A stretch of 64,000 bases of DNA from Octopus sinensis (Eukaryota), in contig NC_043012.1 in the NCBI RefSeq assembly GCF_006345805.1, positions 49,352,001 through 49,416,000 on the forward strand, in the 5' to 3' direction. Position numbers and translations under genes: made by a program. Below are positions 11,581 through 25,186 of this stretch, one piece after another (positions within the stretch are counted from its first letter, which is position 1; every line of letters begins with the position of its first letter). The notes beneath the pieces are model-generated. The model saw only the letters and a program-made list of their open reading frames with translations, ran no database searches and had not been told where the DNA came from.

Positions 11581-11705
11581 TTCTGTATATTTCCTTGTTA
11601 TATTAAATGTGATGGCAATAACTGGAATTCTTACACATAGAGTAATCATACCCAACTGAACGCCCAACACTTGGGTTACGGAGAAAGCACTCTTAGATAT
11701 ATGAA

Positions 11706-12141
11706 TACTCTCTCTTTACTCTTTACTCTTTTACTTGTTTCAGTCATTTGGCTGTGGCCATGCTGGAACACTGCCTTTAGTCAAGCAAATCGGTCCCAGG
11801 ACTTATTCTTTGCAAGCCTAGTACTTATACTATCGGTCTCTTTTGCCGAGCCACTTACGGGGACGTAAACACACCAGCATCGGTTGTCAAGCGATGTTGG
11901 GTGGACAAAGACAGACACAGAAACATATGAACACGCACATACAATTATATATATATATATATGTATACGCATGTATACGACGGGCTTCTTTCAGTTTCAG
12001 TCTACCGAATTCACTCATAAGGCTTTGGTCGACTCGAGGCTATAGTAGAAGACACTTGCGCAAGGTGCCACGCAGTGGGACTGAACCCGGAACCATGTGG
12101 TTCGTAAGCAAGCTACTTATTACACAGTCACACCTACGCCT
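11706..12141 (-). mobile_element. SINE family B, full length
   Basis: Head through internal TA/TG microsatellite to tail cagcatggcc..aatgactgaaacaagtaaaagag. Confidence 0.93.
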
Positions 12142-12475
12142 GAACATTTTTTAAAAACTATATTACCAATATAGCATATTAGATTAACTTAGTAAATTAA
12201 TGAAACTTACCTAAATTATTTCTAGCTGTAACCACATTATTTCTAAAATTATTTACTTACGTTAGAATGTGTTTCGCCATTCTCCCTTTTGTCCTTTGAT
12301 ACTTTTGGAGACACGTAAAATATATCAGTAAAACAGACCACTTCCGATCCAGAAAATTCATTTTATCGCATACGAAAAATTTCTGATGTTTTCTTTATTT
12401 ACACCCCATTTAAATTATCCTACATTCCAATAAAAATAGATTTATAGACAAGCAAGACTCCGTAAATAAATAACT

Positions 12476-12480
12476 AGATA

Positions 12481-12544
<64 letters not shown>

Positions 12545-12646
12545 GTAATAATGATAATGAGACAAAGAAGAAGAAGAAGAAGAAGAAGAAGAAGAAGAAG
12601 AAGAAGAAGAAGAAGAAGAAGAAGAAGAAGAAGAAGAAGAAGAGAA

Positions 12647-12693
<47 letters not shown>

Positions 12694-12745
12694 AGAAGAA
12701 GAAGAAGAAGAAGAAGAAGAAGAAGAAGAAGAAGAAGAAGAAGAA
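12476..12745. repeat. (AAT)n followed by ~180 bp of nearly pure (GAA)n
   Basis: Direct reading. Confidence 0.97.
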
Positions 12746-12899
12746 ACAACATCAGAAAAAAGTGGGAGATAAAATGGTACTTAAATAGCTGATTGCTTTG
12801 GAAGAATTTGAAGTTACATTTAAATTAATTCTAGAAGACTTAATCAAAGCTACACCACTTTAGAAACAACAACACCAACATTAAGAGCAACAACATCAA

Positions 12900-13216
12900 C
12901 AACGACAATGGGTGATGATGATGATGATGATGATGATGATGACGATGATGAGTTGATGATGATGATGTTGACGACGACGATGATGATGATGATGATGATG
13001 ATGATGAAAACCCGTGTCTAGATTTAGTAACAAATGATTGATATCGTATTTCAAGAGGACATGTCACTACACTACATGCAATCTATTCTGTGATACAGCA
13101 TGTACTTCAACGATAACAAGACAACAACAACAACAACAACAACAACAACGACGACGATGATAATGGAAATAATATTAATAACGATGATGATGCTGATGAT
13201 GATGAGGATGATGACG

Positions 13217-13247
<31 letters not shown>

Positions 13248-13260
13248 TGACAATAATGCG
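12900..13260. repeat. (GAT/GAC/CAA)n compound tracts
   Basis: Direct reading. Confidence 0.9.
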
Positions 13261-13727
13261 ATTAATAGTTAGTGGCAGTAATAATTATAGTTGTAAAGAC
13301 AATAGTAAAATGACTGCAAAATACTATGTAAATATATAAACAAAATATAAGAATGAATAATTAATTTGCGGACCAGAAATATTTGCTTCTCATATATCTC
13401 ACACTTGTGTCGCTGGTACACATTTTGCTGTTGATTTTGGTCTACTCAATAATACCGTTTCCTTCGTTATGCATTTCTATTAATCGATGTGGTATTGTAA
13501 GCGTATATTTCTATATTTATTATTATAACGTTTACACAACAGTAAATGAGAAGTTTGTTTTGCCTTCTCTGTTTCATTGTATATTTCTTTCTTTCTTTCT
13601 TTCATTTCATTTTGGGGGGGCAATTTTCCTCTTTACTTCGTCCTGTTTGTCGAAGCTCTCGAAATTATTAGTCTGATGTCTGTCTGTGCTTCGGATTCAT
13701 ATACAGTAATATCGTCATGTGGTTGCA

Positions 13728-13736
13728 CACACACAG

Positions 13737-13770
<34 letters not shown>

Positions 13771-13908
13771 ACACACACACACACATACACACACACACAC
13801 ACACATACACACACACAGAGAGGAAAAGGCACTGACGTACACACACATAAATTCTCATACATATGCTTACATATATTCTTATATTTATATACACACACAC
13901 ACAAACAA

Positions 13909-13964
<56 letters not shown>

Positions 13965-13965
13965 G
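13728..13965. repeat. (CA)n/(TA)n microsatellite
   Basis: Direct reading. Confidence 0.95.
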
Positions 13966-14966
13966 AGCCATAAGTGTACTGAAAAGGGAAGCATAGAACA
14001 CAGATTGTCAACCTCGCAAGCTAGCTGTACGTGCTCGTTACAAGATGGTATAACTTTTAACTGTAGAATAACGACGTCGTCGTCAACATCGTTATTATTA
14101 CCTCCGCCTTCGCTAAGGCGCTGGTATTTTTTCAGTCGTGTTTGTTCATTTGTTTGTCCGTAGATCTTACGTTAACTTTCAAGTCTTTTCCAATTATCTC
14201 CCTTTAAGTTGTAAGTATTTTGAATTGTGAATCTGTTAACTTTGGCTTGTATTAAATAAAAATAAACTAACTATTACCGTTGCAAAATTTTCTACAACGA
14301 CTTTCACATTCCATGACTATCATTATGGCCGGTCAGGTACCGGACAAGGACTCTGGATTATTCTTTCGTTTTTTTTTTAACTTAATTTTTGAGAGCGGTT
14401 GGGTTCATTTCTAGTATTCTAGTTTGTGAGAGCAGTCGAGTTTCTTTCAGATATTCTCATTTCAAATATCATTTTTGGCTAATTGGTGAGAGGACATTGG
14501 TGTTGCCTTGGTGGAGGTTTGCGTTCACAGCGAGCTCTTGTTTCTCTTTCCTTTTCAGGTTTAGAGAAATCACTCATGCTTATGAATAACAGATTGCTTT
14601 TTGCTTTCGAGAAGGGATTCTCTTACACTAAGATGAAAGGAAAAGATGAAGCGAGTACTAACTTTGTGGGTCCTCATAATTCTGAAAGCTACACACGTTA
14701 ATAGTGATTTTTTAATACTGCAAATCAGTTTCTGGATCCCAGCTCGGAGTACAATAAAGTTGGGCAATGCTTTCTACAACCGGTTCGGGTTAAGCAGTGC
14801 TCTGTGAATGAGACTCGATAGTACGAGGCTTAAGAATAAGTACTTGGATTGATTCGTTCAGCCAAAATTCTTCAGGGTGGTGCAGCAGCTTGGTCGCAGA
14901 CGAATGACTGAAGCAGTAAAAGATAACATCTGTGTGTGTGCGTGTGTGTTGTGTGTATGCGTGTGT

Positions 14967-15010
<44 letters not shown>

Positions 15011-15070
15011 CGATCGATAGCTAGATAGATAACACCACACTAGTATAAAACTATGATAAATCTGATGTAT

Positions 15071-15233
15071 AGGCGCAGGAGTGGCTGTGTGGTAAGTAGC
15101 TTGCTAACCAACCACATGGTTCCGGGTTCAGTCCCACTGCGTGGCATCTTGGGCAAGTGTCTTCTGCTATAGCCCCGGGCCGACCAATGCCTTGTGAGTG
15201 GATTGGGTAGACGGAAACTGAAAGAAGCCTGTC

Positions 15234-15295
<62 letters not shown>

Positions 15296-15520
15296 ATGTT
15301 TGTGTGTCTGTGTTTGTCCCCCTAGCATTGCTTGACAACCGATGCTGGTGTGTTTATATCCCCGTCACTTAGCGGTTCGGCAAAAGAGACCGATAGAATA
15401 AGTACTGGGCTTCCAAAGAATACGTCCCGGGGTCGAGTTGCTCGATCAAAGGCGGTGCTCCAGCATGGCCGCAGTCAAAATGACTGAAACAAGTAAAAAG
15501 AGAAAAAGAAAAAGAGAGAG
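15071..15520 (+). mobile_element. SINE family B, full length (tRNA head, CORE-like ttgggcaagtg motif, internal microsatellite)
   Basis: ggcgcaggagtggctgtgtggtaag A-box, gggttcagtcc B-box, tail ggcggtgctccagcatggccgcagtcaaaatgactgaaacaagtaaaa. Confidence 0.95.
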
Positions 15521-15599
15521 TTCCATTCTTAAAACTTCGTCCTGAAATCTTTTGAAAATATACCTTGATAATCCCTTCGTTCACAATATAATAAAGATC

Positions 15600-15803
15600 T
15601 ATTTCTTTACTACCAACAAGGGGCTAAACACAGAGGGTCAATCAAGGACAGACAAACGGATTAAGTCGATTATATCGACCCCAGTGCGTAACTGGTACTT
15701 ATTTAACCGACCCCGAAAGGATGAAAGGCAAAGTCGACCTCTGCGGAATTTGAACTCAGAACGTAACGGCAGACGAAATACGACTACGCATTTCGCCCGG
15801 CGG
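15600..15803 (-). mobile_element. SINE family A (tail variant 1)
   Basis: Reverse complement of the family A body and tail. Confidence 0.9.
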
Positions 15804-16019
15804 ATCATTCTAACATTCTTTAATTAAGGTTATATTTTCCTTTATTTCCCTTTGATTCCGTAACTATCGATTGCAGTTTGAAGGGGATTTTCTAGTCAAG
15901 CCATCATGCAGGAGATTCTTCATATACCTATTATCAGTTATCTCATACCATTTGCAATTTTGGAAAATCACCATTATATTTCTTGCACGAAATTTTGGCC
16001 AACGTTCATCCATTTAAAT

Positions 16020-16240
16020 CAAAGTTTCTCAACCATTTTGTATCTGTCGACCCCTTTGATTACTATTTTATTCCGAAGGATCCCCATAGCAAATAAATGT
16101 TTCAAAACTAGTTTTATAGAAACTTCTTTCAAAATTAAAATACTGCTGTGTGTCCCCCAATTTACTATTTTGCGGCGTGGAACCCATATAATCTTATATG
16201 GTCTCTCCGTGGCCATATGGGTCCCGGTTGAGAACCACTG
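16020..16240. mobile_element. hAT (Charlie-like) MITE
   Basis: Right TIR ggttgagaaccactg, degenerate left TIR caaagtttctcaacc; 8-bp flanks atttaaat/ggttagat partly match. Confidence 0.7.
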
Positions 16241-17368
16241 GGTTAGATCACTGGTTTTCCGCTACTTTTGAATTCCTCGAGTACTAAGATCAAATAAGAA
16301 ACAAACAGCTGATTCGTATGTGAAGCTAGAATCCAATTTATTGAATGTTAAAATTTAGAAAGAAATGTTGAAAGCCCTTATTTACCGTGTTTTATTAGTA
16401 ATACAAGTGTGTAGCAAATTATGCCCTTTAAGCTTTAGTATGAATTTTCTTTTACCTTATATTATGTATTTTGAATTCCACAATGCCCCTAGTTTTTCTT
16501 TGGGGCACAACAGCGTCATATACATGTACAAAATGCTTGGAGGATATGGACTTTATTATGTCTAAGAACCTATGTCGCTCAGCGATTTACAAATAAATAA
16601 ATGAACAAACACACGAGCAAATAGCCATTTTCCCTTTCGGTAAATCTATAAGTATTTTGAAACCTATTTTATTCCAGGATATGCAGTTTCTCCAATCTTT
16701 TAAAAGAAAACCACCGATTCTTTATGCCTTAACATTTTAGAGATTGTGTTACCTTCCAGGAAACTTGCTGTTTTTGTCCTCATTGAACAACCCTTACCGA
16801 AATGAAATGTTAGAAACAGATGAAATAATGCCCCTTATATTTAGTTCCCCTTCTCTCAAAAACTTAATAATACTATATTCCTGCTTCGTTTCTATTACAT
16901 GTCATTAAGTCTTGTCTTTTTTTTTAATCCATATTCTTCCAATAATTATTAACACCAGCGTTTCTATCACGACAACTAATACTCCCTCTTCACCACTAAC
17001 ATCACCATCAATGTCAGATCACAACCACCAATACCACACTCAGCGCCTTCAACATTACCATCACCATTACCGCACAACACGGACCAACGAAAGAGTCGCT
17101 GCACAGCCACTCAACCTGCACGAAATAGCTGTCTAAATCACACCGTTTTTCCCTTAAAAAGGGGCGGGGGGAAATCATGGATAATGTAATCCTAGAGAGT
17201 CTTAGAATTAGGGAATGGCCACGGATTGCCTTTGGTTAGAGATCATCTCCGATCAGGGTCGATTTGGTATTATGCAGGAAGAATAACATCAGAGTGACTT
17301 ACACGATGACACCCCTCAAAACTCCTCCTCCTCCTCCTCCTCCTCTCCTCCTACTACCACCCTCACCA

Positions 17369-17419
<51 letters not shown>

Positions 17420-17679
17420 ATGTAGCACGAGTTGTCGTAGGTTTTTCAAAATGCTTAATTTTGCGATGCCATCTGTTCATTCCATCACCAAACGATGCCA
17501 ATACCTTTCGGGTGTAACTGGTTCCTGACGAAGGAAATTTCGGTGTTAATTCTAACAGATGTCCAGTCCGGGATATTTAGAGAGACATATTAATTACTAA
17601 TTTTCGTTTAAGGAACAAGAATATATTCAAATTAATATTGGGGAAGAAAGTAAGGCAGAGAGGTGACAGAATCATAAGC

Positions 17680-18080
17680 ACCCCGAACAAAATGCTTAGA
17701 GGTATTTCGTCCGACTTGACGTTCTGAATCAAAATTTCGCTGAGGTCGACTTTACCTTTCATCCTTTCGGGGTCGATAAAATAAGTGCCAGTTGAGTACT
17801 TATTTACCCCCTTCCCCGAGGTGGCTGGCCTTGTGCCAAAATTTCCAACCAATATTATAGAAGACGATTAAGGCAGTGAACTGAAAAAACCGTTAACCCT
17901 GCCGGAGAAAATGCCTAGTAGTATTTCGTTCGTCTTTACGTTCTGCGTTCAAATTCCACCGGGGTAGCCTTTTTGTTTCCTCTATTTGGGGTCGATAAAA
18001 TCAATAGCAGTCGAGCACGGGTAATTGGTTTACCCACTCAGCTGAAATTGAAGCCCTTGTACCAAATTTTGAAACCAATT
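17680..18080 (+). mobile_element. Two adjacent degenerate SINE family A copies
   Basis: gaggtcgactttacctttcatcctttcggggtcgataaaataagt core and a second core at ~17940-18000. Confidence 0.8.
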
Positions 18081-19069
18081 TAGGGAAGTCATTTTTTTTT
18101 ATTTTGCATTGCTGTGATACTGTTAGTGCTGACACGACTGCTACGTACACTCGTGTACAAGCAGTTTCGTTTCTAACACCATTTCCTTCCGTACTTATAG
18201 CCTACATGCCACCCAACTCCAACAAACTAATTCAGCACAACCTCCACAAACATAGAATACGAAAATATTGCGTCTCTCTCTCTCGTCTTGGCAATATGCA
18301 ATGGAAACATTTCAAGGTACCACAAATACTAGACATAGAAGCATCTGATATTCTACTTTTACTGTGTCGTTGAAATTCGATCTTACCAATCTCAAAAGTC
18401 CTGGAAAATTACTCTTCTAACTTTTCTGCTCTTTACCATCACCCAACATACTGTAATAATTTTCTGAATTTTTTTATATTTGTTAAAAAATAATGAGGAT
18501 AATTCTAAGCATTAGAAAATGCTAATTTTCGTTTCCACATAATTTCTCTGTATTGATAATATTTGATGAGTTAACTTATATTTTTTGCAACATCATCAAT
18601 TCTGACATTTTAAAAGAAAATTTATCTTATACTAAAAAGGATGTGTGAAAAAAAAAAGTAAATGAGAGATAAATAAATTAATGACCTATGGAAAATTGGA
18701 AGAAAAATATAGATAAAACTAGAAAAAAAAAACAAATTTTAAAAATATGAAATTTTGAAGAAAAATGCTTTTGCAGTTGCGAGAAAAATTGTTTAGATTC
18801 TCTAAATACTTATATTTATCTATATATATTTTTATTAATTTATTTATAACTCTACAATGTGTGATGTATATAATTTTTTAATTTTTCATCATTTTCTTCT
18901 AAAACTGAAGCTGTCTTTTTTTGAGTTAGTTTCACACTTTATTTGCCATTCACACAATATTTGTCTGTTGTTCAAGTTCTGTCCAGGCCAACTTCGACTG
19001 CTATTTCCCCCTCCTCGCAAACTTGTTGGTCTTATGCCTAAGTCATAAAATTGTAGCACAGTAAGTAGA

Positions 19070-19892
19070 GTGGTAGAATAGTTAGCGCATAAAGGGCGAA
19101 ATGCTTAGTGTTATTTCGTCTGCCGTTACGTTCTGAGTTCAAATTATGCTGAGGCCGACTTTGCCTTGCATCCTTTCGGGGTCGATAAAATAAGTACCCG
19201 TTATGCACTGGGTCAATGTAATCGACTTAATCCCTTTGTCTGTCCTTGCTTGACCCCTCTATGTTTAGCCCCTTGTGGGCAATAGAGAAATAAGAAACGT
19301 TAGCACGCCGGGCGAAATGCGTAGCCATATTTCGACTGCCGTAACGTTGTGAGTTCAAATTCCGCCGAGGTCGACTTTGCCTTTCATCCTTTCGGGGTCG
19401 ATTAAATAAGTACCAGTTACACACTGGGGTCGATATAATCGACTTAATCCGTTTCTCTGTCCTTGTTTGTCCTCTCTGTGTGTAGCCCATTGTGGGCAGT
19501 AAAGAAATAAGAATAGTTAGCGCACCGGAAAGAATGCGTTGCAGCAATTCGCTCGGCTCCTTAAAATCTGTGTTTAATTCGCTAATGCTGAAGATACCTT
19601 TCTTAATTTTGGGGTTGAAAAACAATGTACCAATCAAAGTACGAATCAAATTACTAACTCCCTTTCTTGAAAGATACTAGCCTTGTACCAGAATTTGAAA
19701 CCATAGTACAGTGAAGCAGACAGAATCGTTAGATAAAAAGTTTAACGGTATGTCTTCAGACTCATTACATTCTGACTTCAAATTCCGCCGACGTCGAAAT
19801 TGGCTTTAATCCTTTCGGGGTCGATAACTTAAGTACCAGTGAAATACTGGGGTCGATTTAATCGTCTAGTCCCATTCCTTAAAATTTCAGGT

Positions 19893-19895
<3 letters not shown>
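19070..19895 (+). mobile_element. SINE family A trimer plus an adjacent monomer
   Basis: Units join as aaataagaa|acgttagc at ~19290 and ~19505; further copy at 19710-19895. Confidence 0.9.
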
Positions 19896-20019
<124 letters not shown>

Positions 20020-20059
20020 CCTAGTTATTTATTTGTCTATAAATCTATTTTTATTATCA

Positions 20060-20245
20060 TGACGAACTGGCAGAATCATTAGTACGCCGGACGAAATGCT
20101 TAGCGACATTTCGTCCGTTTTCACGTTTTGAGTTCGAATTCCGTAGTCAATAAATTAAGTACCAGTCGACTACTGAGGTCGAGGTAATCGACTTAACCCG
20201 CCCTCCAAAGTTGCTGGCCTTGTACCAAAAGTTGAAACCATTATT
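20060..20245 (+). mobile_element. SINE family A (tail variant 2)
   Basis: gaactggcagaatcattag head, gagttcgaattcc B-box, ggccttgtaccaaaagttgaaacc tail. Confidence 0.85.
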
Positions 20246-20269
20246 ATTAGTATATTTTTATTACAAGTT

Positions 20270-20741
20270 TTATAGGAGATTCTTGATAGGGTCTTGTATG
20301 CGTAGCGGGCCTTACTAACTAAAGCCTGCGACACCGTACTATACGTTCTTTTCAGTTATCTAATACTTGCCTGGTTATTCTGGCCGTGCGAAGGAGGCAA
20401 TACTTTTCCAATTTCCTTTATATTCCTCGTGATGACTCCTCGTACTGTTTCCAGGGACCCAACAATTATTGGCACTATCTTCACCTTCTTCATTTTCTAT
20501 AGTCGGGCTATTTCGTACTTAAGAGGGTTGTTTTTATCTATTTTTTCATCTTTCCTCTTGATTATCCATGGGTGAATCGCGCACGCAACATCAACTATAT
20601 AGCACTTGTGGTGCATCTTGTGGAACAACCACTAGATCTGGTCTGTTATGCTCTAGCACCTGATCTGTTTGTATTGGGAAATATCAGAGGGTTTTGCTAG
20701 TGTCCGACTCCGCCACTCTCTGCGGTTTGTGCTCATACCAC
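20270..20741 (-). mobile_element. R4/Dong-clade RLE fragment (lineage 2)
   Basis: Reverse translation WYEHKPQRVAES..FPIQTDQVLEHNRPDLVVV..VDVAC..KYEIARL..VKIVPIIVGSL..RTARITRQVLDN*; the 5' break abuts (TAA)n on the element strand. Confidence 0.85.
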
Positions 20742-20742
20742 A

Positions 20743-20804
<62 letters not shown>

Positions 20805-20806
<2 letters not shown>

Positions 20807-21283
20807 TTTGCACAGCTTCTAACGCTGGAGATGTACTACGGTGTCAGCTGTTCACTACCAGAGAACTAAGGTAACACCTCTTACTTAACGAGCACCTTCC
20901 GGAGTATTCGAGCGGTTCCAAGCAGTGCTGTTTTCTGCAAGTGCTGCACCCTCGAGAATTTTGCTCACTGTTTCCAGGGCTCCGACAATTATTGGTACTA
21001 CTGCTACCTTTTCCATCGACCACGACTGCTTAACTTCCCAAGCTAACCTGTCATATCTCTCGAATTTTCTTTCTTTCTTCCTTATCGCATAGCTTGTTGT
21101 CAGCTGGGCATGCTATATCTATGATCCAGCATAGTCGCACTGATTCATGGTCGCACTGAATCATAAAATCCCATAGGATCTTTTCATTTCTACTTTCGAT
21201 GATGCCTTCAGGTTTGTGGTCGTACCAATTTTTTGATCTGTTAAGTTCATACTTGTTGCAGAGTGTCCAATGGACAAGCCTGG
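20805..21283 (-). mobile_element. R4/Dong-clade RLE fragment (lineage 3, copy a)
   Basis: HWTLCNKY..WYDHKPEGIIE..KILWDFMIQCD..IIDIACPADN..VVPIIVGAL..LQKTALLGTARILRKVL; (TAA)n on both sides. Confidence 0.92.
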
Positions 21284-21324
21284 TTATTATTATTATTATT
21301 TTATTATTATTATTATTATTATTA

Positions 21325-21800
21325 CCTTTGCACAGCTTCTAACGCTGGAGATGTACTACGGTGTCAGCTGTTCACTACCAGAGAACTAAGGTAACACCTC
21401 TTACTTAACGAGCACCTTCCGGAGTATTCGAGCGGTTCCAAGCAGTGCTGTTTTCTGCAAGTGCTGCACCCTCGAGAATTTTGCTCACTGTTTCCAGGGC
21501 TCCGACAATTATTGGTACTACTGCTACCTTTTCCATCGACCACGACTGCTTAACTTCCCAAGCTAACCTGTCATATCTCTCGAATTTTCTTTCTTCTTCT
21601 TATCGCATAGCTTGTTGTCAGCTGGGCATGCTATATCTATGATCCAGCATAGTCGCACTGATTCATGGTCGCACTGAATCATAAAATCCCATAGGATCTT
21701 TTCATTTCTATTTTCGATGATGCCTTCAGGTTTGTGGTCGTACCAATTTTTTGATCTGTTAAGTTCATACTTGTTGCAGAGTGTCCAATGGACAAGCCTG

Positions 21801-21801
<1 letters not shown>
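21325..21801 (-). mobile_element. R4/Dong-clade RLE fragment (lineage 3, copy b; near-identical tandem duplicate)
   Basis: Same truncation point and internal deletion as copy a; 520-bp period. Confidence 0.92.
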
Positions 21802-21833
<32 letters not shown>

Positions 21834-21837
21834 TTGT

Positions 21838-22150
21838 GGCGAGCTGACAGAATCGCTAAGATGCCGATCAAAATGCTTAGTGGTATTTCGTCTGTCGCTA
21901 AGTTCTGAGTTCAAATTCCGCCGAGGTCGACTTTGCCCTTCATCCTTTCGGGGTCGATTAAATAAGTACCAGTTATGCACTGGAGTCGATATAATCGACG
22001 TAATCTGTTTGTCTGTCCTTGTTTGTCCCCTCTGTGTGTAGCCCCTTGTGGGCAGTAAAGAAATAGGTATTTCGTCCCTCATTACGTTTTTTGAGTTCAA
22101 AATTCACTGACGTCGACATTGCCTTTCATCCTTCGAAGTCGATAGTTTAA
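21838..22150 (+). mobile_element. SINE family A dimer (full unit plus partial unit)
   Basis: Junction gtaaagaaatag|gtatttcgtc at ~22060. Confidence 0.88.
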
Positions 22151-22211
22151 GTATTATTAGAAATTAGTAGAAATTATTATTATTATTATTATTGTTATTA
22201 TTATTATTATT

Positions 22212-22981
22212 ACGGGAGTTTGTACTGCCTGTTAATTCACAAAAAGGACCCCAGAGAAAGAGTACTGTACGCAATATGTGTGCAGTTCCAAGTAAAACGG
22301 ATTTTTCCAATGGATTTAAAGTTTCCAGGTGTCTTTTCGGGTTGGGTGGTATTGAGCTCAATGCTCCGATGACAACTAGGACAACCTTTATGTTTGACTC
22401 CCGTAGCTGCCACATCTTGATACTCAGGTCTCCGTATTTATCAATCATTTCTCTTTCTTTCATGATGATATTTTCATCTTCTGGCACTGCCACGTCAATT
22501 ATTAGGCACTCTTGTTTGTCCCTCCTAAAGGTTTCTATATCCTGCCGTCGGTGCTCTAATAGCTTGTCTATCTGGATGTCAAATGTCGCAAACAATCTTT
22601 GCCTTCCCATTTTCGCCCATTATCTTTTCCGGTGTATGTTGGTACCAAGCACCCATCACTTCCTATCCATACTTCCGGCATAGTAACCAGTGCATATTTT
22701 TGGGGCTACTTTGTCGTGTTTGCACTTGAACTCTTTCTACGCAAGACTTTCACACGCACTAACATGTGAGTTACACTATCGACCCTCTTTCCGCACATTC
22801 TGCAGATATTCGTTGCACTGGTGTGGTATATATACCTTTTCACTGAGTTGGTATTCAATGCCTGATCCTCGGCAGCAATGATCAGGCTTTCAGTCATCAT
22901 TTTTAGGTCACCCTTGCCGAGCCACCTCCATGATGCTTCTTGCTCTTTTAAATTCTTAGTTTCACGGTAAAACTGACTACG
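22212..22981 (-). mobile_element. R4/Dong-clade fragment (lineage 4): zinc knuckle plus RLE
   Basis: ORF track: TESLIIAAEDQALNTN..CRMCGKRVDSVTH and FDIQIDKLLEHRRQDI..LIIDVAVP..VVIGAL..KSVLLGTAHILRTVL; (TAA)n at both ends. Confidence 0.93.
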
Positions 22982-22983
22982 TA

Positions 22984-23049
<66 letters not shown>

Positions 23050-23100
23050 TTTATTTTTATTATTATTATTAATATCATTATTGTTGTTGTTGTTGTTGTT
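22982..23100. repeat. (TTA)n then (TTG)n
   Basis: Direct reading. Confidence 0.95.
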
Positions 23101-23594
23101 ATGTTGCGGTTATTGGTTAAATCACGGTCATTCCTGGTTCAGCAGGACCCAGAGCAAAGTCGTTGTAACCGTGCCCAGCTCTTGGTCGGTATTTCTAGGA
23201 TTCGATAGTCGTCAGCCAACTTCACTCTCAAGAATACCGAAGAGTGAGTTTCCTTAAATTTTCCGCTTTTTCTAACAAGTGATGTGGTTATGTATATGTC
23301 AAGTTAGTGTTCGGGTTCTTGTAGTCGGAAGAGGTAATAAGTCTGAGTTTGTTGCCCTAGTGACGTTGAGGATGCTCCTAACTTGATGGTGACCTTGGTT
23401 GTATCGGTGTTGTTGTTACTGTTGTTACTGTTGTTATTGTTGTTGTTGTTGTACTTGTGGCGGTCACGTGGTGTTGTATTTGTATCTGTTGCACTGTTCC
23501 TGTCGATTTCTGTTGCGTGGCTATGTTTCTAGTAAGTGTAATGATTTATCACATCGTTAGAGATATTTTGTTGTTGTTGCTGTTATGATGATGG

Positions 23595-23626
<32 letters not shown>

Positions 23627-24145
23627 GTGATTCATTGTGTTGCTATTAACTATTAGTGTTCGTGTTGCTTGTGTTGCTGGTGTGATGTTGGTGGTGATAA
23701 AGATTTGCATTTTTAGATGATTATATATATATATATATATATATACATACACACATATATATAAATATATAGTTACATATAAGTGTGTGTGTCTGTGTTA
23801 TACATACAGGTATATGTGCCTCTGTGTGTGCACATATATTTTCTGGTAAAAGAAAATAAGTAAAAACGATAAATAAATAATACATATATATTTAAAAAAA
23901 AAAGAAAGAAGACAAGACAAAGAGAATAGAAAGTGATAAAAGGCGTAAAGAATGAATGACGCTACGTATCAAAGGAAATAATTGATGTTCTAACTCCCCT
24001 GAACTTACAAAATAATTATTAGGTTAGTCACATTGAGACAAACAGCAAGAAACTGTCCTTTTTTGAAGTAATTCCGCTGAGACTCGCCTTCCATGATTGT
24101 TTTGCTGTATTATAATAGATGTTTCACACCTAAACATTCCATCAA

Positions 24146-24187
<42 letters not shown>

Positions 24188-24605
24188 ACAAACATATATA
24201 CGTAGTTATATACATGTTTAATATACTATACGTATAGTCATATATAATATTTGTCCTTTTTTTCCCTCTTACTTGTATGTATGTATGTAAAAATCCTATA
24301 CATCAAAAAAATGTATACATATACACACACGCAAAAAAACAATGTAGAATTACAAAAAACAGAAAATATAAAGAATGTAGACACGGATACGCATATATAC
24401 ACACAAATACGCACACACACTCTCACTTACAGAGGTATATATTAGTATTAGAGACACGTACATACACACGTATATATCCATCGACTTGCAGAAATTACTT
24501 ATCAATCCTCAGAAATACACGCACAATAAACCACACACACACACACACACACACACACAACACACACACACACACACACACCACACACACACACACACAC
24601 ACACT

Positions 24606-24649
<44 letters not shown>

Positions 24650-25186
24650 AAGACAGGATTGAACAGGGCGATGGGAAGAAAAAACGAGATCGTGGAAAAG
24701 AGACACAAATCATATTTTTACATATTATATATATTATATATATATATAAAGACAGACAGGAAGAGATAAGGAGATGGGGAGAGAGAGAAAGAGAGACAGT
24801 CAGAAAAAGGTATATCTAAGTTCGGTTTACATGTCTCCTTCGTAGCAACATTCAGCTAAGGGCTCGTACCTACTACTAGATGTTTTTGAAGCAGGTATAT
24901 GATTGTATTTATATGTTAGTCTATCTAACGACAAGGGCTAATTTTTATGCCATGTACATTAAAGACTCAGCAAACAGGGGTTAATGTAGCTACAAATAAC
25001 AAACTTTATCATGAGTAGTTATTAACTAAAATACTTGAGGACAGTTGCCCTGCATAACCGCTGTCTAATGATGGAAATTGTAAATAATGAAAACCATATA
25101 TGCATATATCTAAGATTTTAAGGACTCTAATTTTTATCCTAACCTTATCATGGTCAATCCTCATAGGGATATATTGTTACTATATA

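Noticed and set aside
14535-14701. Acceptor-like site plus a 47-codon open frame
   Set aside because: No donor or recognisable protein motif; compatible with chance
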